From Psammoneis japonica (Eukaryota), in the NCBI GenBank assembly GCA_008632985.1, contig QPGO01000105.1:248001-274223 (forward strand): a stretch of DNA of 26,223 nt. The letters run 5' to 3'. Below, one piece after another: positions 20,751 to 26,223 of this stretch (positions are counted from its first letter, which is position 1; every line of letters begins with the position of its first letter). The notes under the pieces are model-generated. The model searched no databases, was not told the origin of the DNA, and worked only from the letters and a program-made list of their open reading frames with translations. Position numbers and translations under genes: made by a program.

Positions 20751-23700
20751 TTAAGATCTAGTTTGAGTTCCAACAGACCATCTCCAATCCATTTGTGGTT
20801 GCACAAGAAAGTCTGGTGTTAAACAAGTGGGTGGCTGACAGAGATTTAGACCATTTCTACAAATTTGAGTGCGTCGCTTCTTGGAGTCACGTTCAGAACA
20901 GTTGGACACCCATCGCGGCCCCTCACTGCTTGTGTCATTGGTCTCTTGCGCATCACGGTGCATGTGAAACTTTCCTCGGATGTCCACAATTAGATCATCG
21001 ATTGATTTGACAATGTGAGATGAGTCGGGTACTTCCATTTGATGGATGTTCTCCGACTCGCATAGACCACACAGAGTCGACAACTTGGGGGCCAACACCT
21101 GTCGCATGTTTGTGGGAGTGACATTTGCAGGAGGGTCTTGAGGAGAACTGTTCATTTCTGATTCTTCGAGAGCAAACAGATCGCCGTCTGCACTGTGCTC
21201 ATCGTCTTCAAGATTGAACACATCTCCCAGTTGGTCACGTTGGCTTGCATCGACATTGGTCAATTGGGAGCAACCAATTGCGCTTAGACCCAATTGTGCA
21301 GGGTCCACACAACGCAGTGCTCGGTTTGCTTGATCGGAACTGCAATTGTGGAGTGAGTGACAAACATCCTGCGGTTTGTCAAAAACGGATTCATCCGGCG
21401 GTGTGCTTGAAGTTGGTTGAGGTGCTGGCTGCCACCATTCAGGCAGGCATGGTCCTCGAACATCATTGTCGAGGATGGAATCAAACAATCCGTCCAGACC
21501 CTCAACATGACGGTCCCCGTTGAACGCATGGTGAAAGTGCTTGCGCCACCAAACAATGGAAACATCATGGTGTGTAAATCCCAAATGTGCGTTGCCAAGT
21601 TTGTGCTGGCCAACCGCAAGGAAGTGCGTGCAGCCAATGCCCGTTCTCTGGAACTCTCCGCAGCTACAGTGAAGCACACCCTCTGCATCTAGCTTCACTT
21701 TTTGCACTCTTCGAAACTTGGGCATTTTGGAAAAGAAAGGATTGGCTTCTTCCTCTTCGTTTGACGATGGAGCTTCATTGGATTTCTTGTGGACTGCCTC
21801 CCATGTCGGGTGTTCGCCATCCTCCTTGCCACAGTGCCGCACGTGGAAGTCATGTCGATGCTTCCACCGTTCAGCAATGATGCCCTCACACATGGTGACG
21901 ACATGGTCCGCTGCAGGCAGATTAGACCAGAGGCATTTAGTTGTTGCCACACAGTTGCTTTCTGCATGCAGCTCTGCAACCTTTACATCCAATTGCATGG
22001 CAAAGTTCATGGCGCTGGCGGCCAAGTTCTGCGACGGCAGCACTGGAGCAGAGTGGTTCTTCATGCCAAAGTTGGCACCCTTGTGGCTAGAATTGTTTGC
22101 TTCCTCATGATGGCGGAGGAATTTCTTGCAGTGGAAGGCACAGCAGTTCTCCCAGGCCCACACCTTGTCTCACGCTGAACAGTTGACTCGATGCCATCGC
22201 ACATCTGGAGGACTCTTGGGGAATGCAGAAACATGATGAGCAACAACTTGGAGACCTTGAGTTCATCTTCATTCTCGCACCCTCCAGGGCACATGAATGA
22301 ACACAGCCAGGCTTTGACTGCGGCAACAAATTGCTTGCAGGTCTCACGCCTCTGGCCAGGAGACACACAGGTCTCACCAGGACAGTGACGCAACCATCCC
22401 TTTTCCACAACATGCCAGCCACAATGTCCTTGGAAGACATCCGGCATGTAGACTTGAATTGCACTGCGCAACTCCGAGATTTCTTGGGAGTCTCCATCCG
22501 TCAATGCCAACTTGATTCGCCGCAGTGCATCTGCATCAAGTAGAGTGGGTAGCACCACCTGAAATGCCCACCAAAACGTCCCCTGTGTTTGATCAGGAAG
22601 AAAGATTTGGAGGAAAACAATGTGAGAGCCATTTGGCGCACGGACGGAGAAAGTCAGGCATGGCCTTTTCTCGTTGTTGGTGAGAGATGTGGCATCCACT
22701 TTAATCACATGTGGCATTTGGCGAAACAATCGTGTCTCGCCCTTGAGTGTCCAAGCAGCACCGACAAAGAGGTTGTCCTCAGGACCAAGCTGGGCGGCTT
22801 CCCTCTCACGCCTGCACTGGTCGACCACCTCGGAACAAAGTTCCTCGAGGTTCTGGATCTCCCTTTCTCCATTGACATGAGATTCGTTGAAAAGCAACGA
22901 GGACTGGAAACGCAGGTTGCGTTCCCGGGTTGGCGTCTGCACAGCGTTAGCTCCACTTGCGAGAACAGAGCATTCAATGTCTTCACGACTCTGAAAAAAC
23001 CTCTGAAGCTCCAGGATGCCGTCATCCAAAGCGGTGTCTTCAGAAGAGGGTGGGAATGGGGTTGACTCTTCCTTGTCAGCCTGTCGCATGACGTGACGAA
23101 CCTGCTGCCTTGACAGGAAGCATTCCTCATTGGCAAGAATGCAGTTGCGTGCATGGCCTGCCCCCAAGCGACCCTTTCTCATTCGCTTCATGGACAAGAG
23201 GGTGGATGAACTCAGGTGACGAATCTTCTTGGAAATCTCTTTGGGAAGTCGTTGGCGGTGATTGCAATGAAAACCACGGCCAGTGCCACACTTGAAGAAA
23301 TGCCCAAAAGCGTCAGCTTGGATGCGAATGTTCTAACCACACGCATCCTCAAGATTCAGGGCCTTGGTTGTCTGCTGCCGTCGAGGATGCTTCTTGTTGC
23401 CTTGTTTGCGATTGTTACGACGGCGATCATCACGAAGGGATGTTTTCCTGTGTGATGTTGAGGGAACTGTCACATCGCGTCTTTCGGGTTTCTGGCAGTG
23501 CGGGACACAGCAGGAACAGATGATGCGGCCACCACCATTAGAAATTGCCTCAAAGCCATTGCTTGCCGCACATTTTCGGAAATCCTCTGACAAAGCGGCA
23601 TGGCTTGCATCAGCCTTGGAGAAAGGCTTTGTAGAAGCGGGCAGTGGGGGGTGCTTCGCTGTGTCAAAGTGGACATGCGCATGTCGATGAAGAGCAGTGC

Positions 23701-24099
23701 CAGGCCCATCTTTGCCAAGGAACTCGCTCATGTTGGTGTCCATGAAAAAAGAGGGTGGATCGCCTTTGGGGTGGACAACAGAGACGGGAAACACAATGGG
23801 AGCAGACCAATCATCGTCAAGACCACAGAAGACAGCATCTAAAATGTTCAGTGCATTGTGGACATCCACAGGCTGCTGCTCTTCATCAACAGGCTGCTGC
23901 TCTTCATCATCGTCCTCCTCCTCATCACATCATCATCGTCGTCATCAGCAACTCTGCGCAAAAGAGCTGGTGCATCATCCTCATCATCATCGTCGTCGTC
24001 GTCAGCAACTCTGCGCAAAAAGGCTGGTGGATCATTGTCGTTGTTGTCATCATGCCAGCCATCAGTTGCAAGGTCAACAGCAGGTGGGGTGACGGACAT
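20751..24099 (-). pseudogene. MULE transposase with SWIM domain, copy 2 (no insertion; frameshifts near 23925, 23340 and 22170; putative catalytic E->K)
   Basis: ORFs 23848-24099, 23333-23869, 22061-23197 and 20751-22163 carry VDATSLTNNEKRP, LTDGD, CGWH, NSSHKGANFGMK and CSCGEFQRTGIGCTH. Confidence 0.88.
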
Positions 24100-24649
24100 G
24101 GTTGTTAGATTGAAACAACTTACAAAGGCAACAACAAGCAGATGAATGACAGCGCAAAAAACAGCAGATGAGGTGGGGAGGCAATGATGACCGCAGCTAA
24201 CTGACAGGGCAGTGACCCCTTTGAATTCAAATCATTTTCTTGTTGGCATCTGTAGGCATTGATTTCAGCGGGTAGACAGACAGGAATGCTGACGTAGGTT
24301 CGTCGATGCCTTTTCGGGAGGGAAATGGGCAATCGTCCAGCTGCGTGGGTAGCTCTTTATAAACTGTGTAGGAAATGTACCAGGGTTTGTGTAGAATTTG
24401 ATAACGACACAATTCCATTTTGATGGCGACAAGTAGAAACCTACATGGTTTTCCAGTACAAATTTGATAGCGACGCCACGGACGGAATCATTGTCAACGT
24501 GCCAATCACCGCATTATCACAGGTTTTCGATCATAGGGAATTCCTTATTTGGCGCTGAATTTCCTAGACAAGGAAATATAAGAAAATAAGAAAAGGAAAA
24601 AACAATTGGTGATTCAATGCGTGGTTGCAACCGTCATGAACCACTCATC

Positions 24650-25560
24650 TAGAAGTTGATTTGCACAGAGCCTGTGGCTGCCAAAACACCTCTTTTTGTG
24701 CAATGCACTCAATGAGTGAGGCAGACACCATTGGGAGGCACTTTCTCAAGAGGACAAAAAGATGTGCTTCCGTGGTCTCTTCAAGTGCAATCTGCTCCAA
24801 GCAAGCCCACAAAAGCTCAAATTGGTGTGGCAAATCTGGCACACATTGTGCAACAAAACAAAAGAGGAAAGCCTCTTTGTTTTCTTCATTTGACAAGCCA
24901 ATGAGGGGGAAATCAAGATGTGAGCATGAGCGGGGTTTTGGGTCATGGGGGGCTCCTCTCTCAGCAGCCCCCAAATTTCCTCGGATGAAAGGAAAATTTC
25001 CCGCACTTGTTTGGTGCCAGTTGTGACCAACACAGTCCTTTCATCTTGCAGCCAATGTTGTGGTCCACTCATCTCTGTTGGATGGCCAGCACAGAGCACA
25101 GCTGCTGCAGCACTTCAAGCAGCCCGCCACCATGAGAAGCTTGGCGCTGCTTGTCTCTTGTGCCGCAGATGGCTCCTTTCCTTTTGCAATTGTTTTTTCA
25201 TGCAGAGCTGGCAGAAATGCCATTTGACTGCAGTGGCACAGCTGCATGATGTGGCCCAATGCCAACATCATGAGAGGAGGCCAGCACCCACTGTGCTGGC
25301 GGTGGCTGGCTGGCTGGGCTGTGCATCGCAGCTGGCCTTGCCAGCACAGCACCACAAACAAGCACATTTCCTTTGACACCAAACCACAGGAAAATGCACT
25401 CTTGATTGCTTGTCTCTTGTGTTGCAGCAGGCAGATCCTTTCCTTTTGCAACCATTTTTCACAGAGAGCTGGCTGCCAGATTGCCAAGCAACTGATAGAA
25501 ACTGAAGGCAAATGGCAAGAATTCAAACAAACAACTCCTCACTGCTGTCTAAATGGCAGA
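24650..25560. other. Unidentified degenerate, TpA-depleted sequence with a ~70-bp imperfect direct repeat (~25148-25215 / ~25407-25480)
   Basis: Almost no TpA; TGCTTGTCTCTTGTG..CCTTTCCTTTTGCAA..AGAGCTGGC occurs twice; no recognisable protein motif. Confidence 0.45.
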
Positions 25561-25769
25561 TGAGTCTCCGCTCAGAGACCGTCACAGGAGCCGAAAGACG
25601 TGCAAGTCGGTACAATCGGGCCACTGTCATTATTCTTGTGAGCCTTGTGGCTCGAAAGCAAACTACATCGCGCGCGAACGCACGGAACTAAAGCACACAA
25701 AACTGTGCGCGGTAAACTAAACAGCGCGCGATGTTTCGCGCGCACCTAAATCCTGTTCAAATCCTGTCA
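25561..25769 (-). repeat. Candidate Copia 3' LTR (~209 bp, TGA...TCA)
   Basis: Starts TGACAGG right after the PPT. The end is placed at ..GAGACTCA (25561), where composition switches to the TpA-poor flank. The partner LTR is outside the window. Confidence 0.6.
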
Positions 25770-26223
25770 CTCCCCAGTTTGCTTGAGGAGCTACAGAAAC
25801 AGATTCGACTTCGGATGGGATGAAGTTCCAGAACATGAGAGGGTGGAGAAGGTCCCCAGATTTGGGAGTGACCCCAATGCTTGCTGAGAATGTCAGCAGG
25901 ATTGCGGGAGCCCTCGATGAAGTGGAACTCAAGGCAACCAGAGGCAATTGCCTCACGCACACGGTGGAACGACAGTGCGGTGTGTCGCTTGTGTAACTTG
26001 GAGTGCGGGATGGTGGCACTGTCTACAACCGACTTGTTGTCACCGAACATGTAACTGACGTTGCGGATCGGGACGCCAAGGTGGCGCAGGGTGATGCGCA
26101 GGTCGATGATCTGCTCGACACAATTCCTTGCGGCAACAAATTCAGATCCGTAGGTTGCAGTCTCCACGGTGGCTTTGTTTCTTGGAGAACCAATCAGCCG
26201 GGAATTTGTTGAGGAAGTTGGAG
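25561..26223 (-). mobile_element. Ty1/Copia LTR retrotransposon, 3' end (RNase H, PPT, 3' LTR); continues beyond the window
   Basis: Minus-strand DWFSKKQATVETATYGSEFVAAR..MFGDNKSVV..KLHKRHTALSFHRVREAIA..NPADILSKHWG is a Copia RNase H. PPT GGGGAG directly precedes TGACAGG at 25769. Confidence 0.92.

Larger units (their letters stand above)
17594..20761 (+). pseudogene. MULE cargo gene B, copy 2: ~1000-aa protein of unknown function (basic and Ser/Pro-rich N-terminus; HxDxxN, R..RKS and SxLCE motifs)
   Basis: One frame from ATG 17594 to TAG 20761 with a single internal TGA at 19922 (CAA in copy 1). Probable 78-bp intron at 17621-17698. Confidence 0.7.
17364..24650 (-). mobile_element. Mutator-like element copy 2 (more complete; convergent cargo gene + transposase; outer limits approximate)
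   Basis: Transposase 24099->20751 (-) and cargo gene 17594->20761 (+). No Gypsy insertion. Termini and TSD not firmly identified. Confidence 0.75.

Noticed and set aside
6989..24321. CpG methylation decay as the sole cause of TG/CA excess
   Set aside because: It contributes (CGA->TGA stops), but CpG remains common while TpA is the depleted dinucleotide, and direct TA/TG and TA/CA mismatches are seen.
6989..24321. The two arms as giant TIRs of a single Polinton/foldback element
   Set aside because: The arms are coding copies of the same two genes; no polymerase, integrase or capsid motifs in the spacer and no TSD at the outer ends.
5900..25560. Dense overlapping ORFs in all six frames as candidate novel genes
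   Set aside because: TpA loss removes TAA/TAG stops on both strands, so long spurious ORFs are expected. Only frames with recognisable motifs or two-copy support were kept.

Overview
Eukaryotic genomic DNA, most likely from a diatom or related stramenopile (inferred from gene families and transposon types). The first ~5.2 kb holds two host genes: a 5'-partial protein of tandem sulfotransferase-like domains (1-2285) and an intronless ubiquilin/Dsk2 (3305-5158). The remaining ~21 kb is a nested transposon block. In order it contains a scrambled copy of the ubiquilin 3' end, non-LTR (RLE-type) remnants, two inverted copies of a Mutator-like (MULE+SWIM) element forming a ~17 kb imperfect palindrome (arms 6989-17363 and 18634-24321), a Ty3/Gypsy element inserted in the left arm (8523-13248; 367-bp LTRs, CTTG target-site duplication), and the 3' end of a Ty1/Copia element. 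The strongest signal is a directional TpA->TpG/CpA hypermutation confined to the repeat block, the opposite direction to fungal RIP. It shows in the LTR pair, the two MULE arms and the ubiquilin-derived copy, and it turns Tyr into Cys/His and erases stop codons. The MULE also carries a convergent ~1000-aa cargo gene with HxDxxN, R..RKS and ExxLCE motifs, which may (inference only) encode a DNA base-modifying enzyme. All alignments and counts were made by eye.
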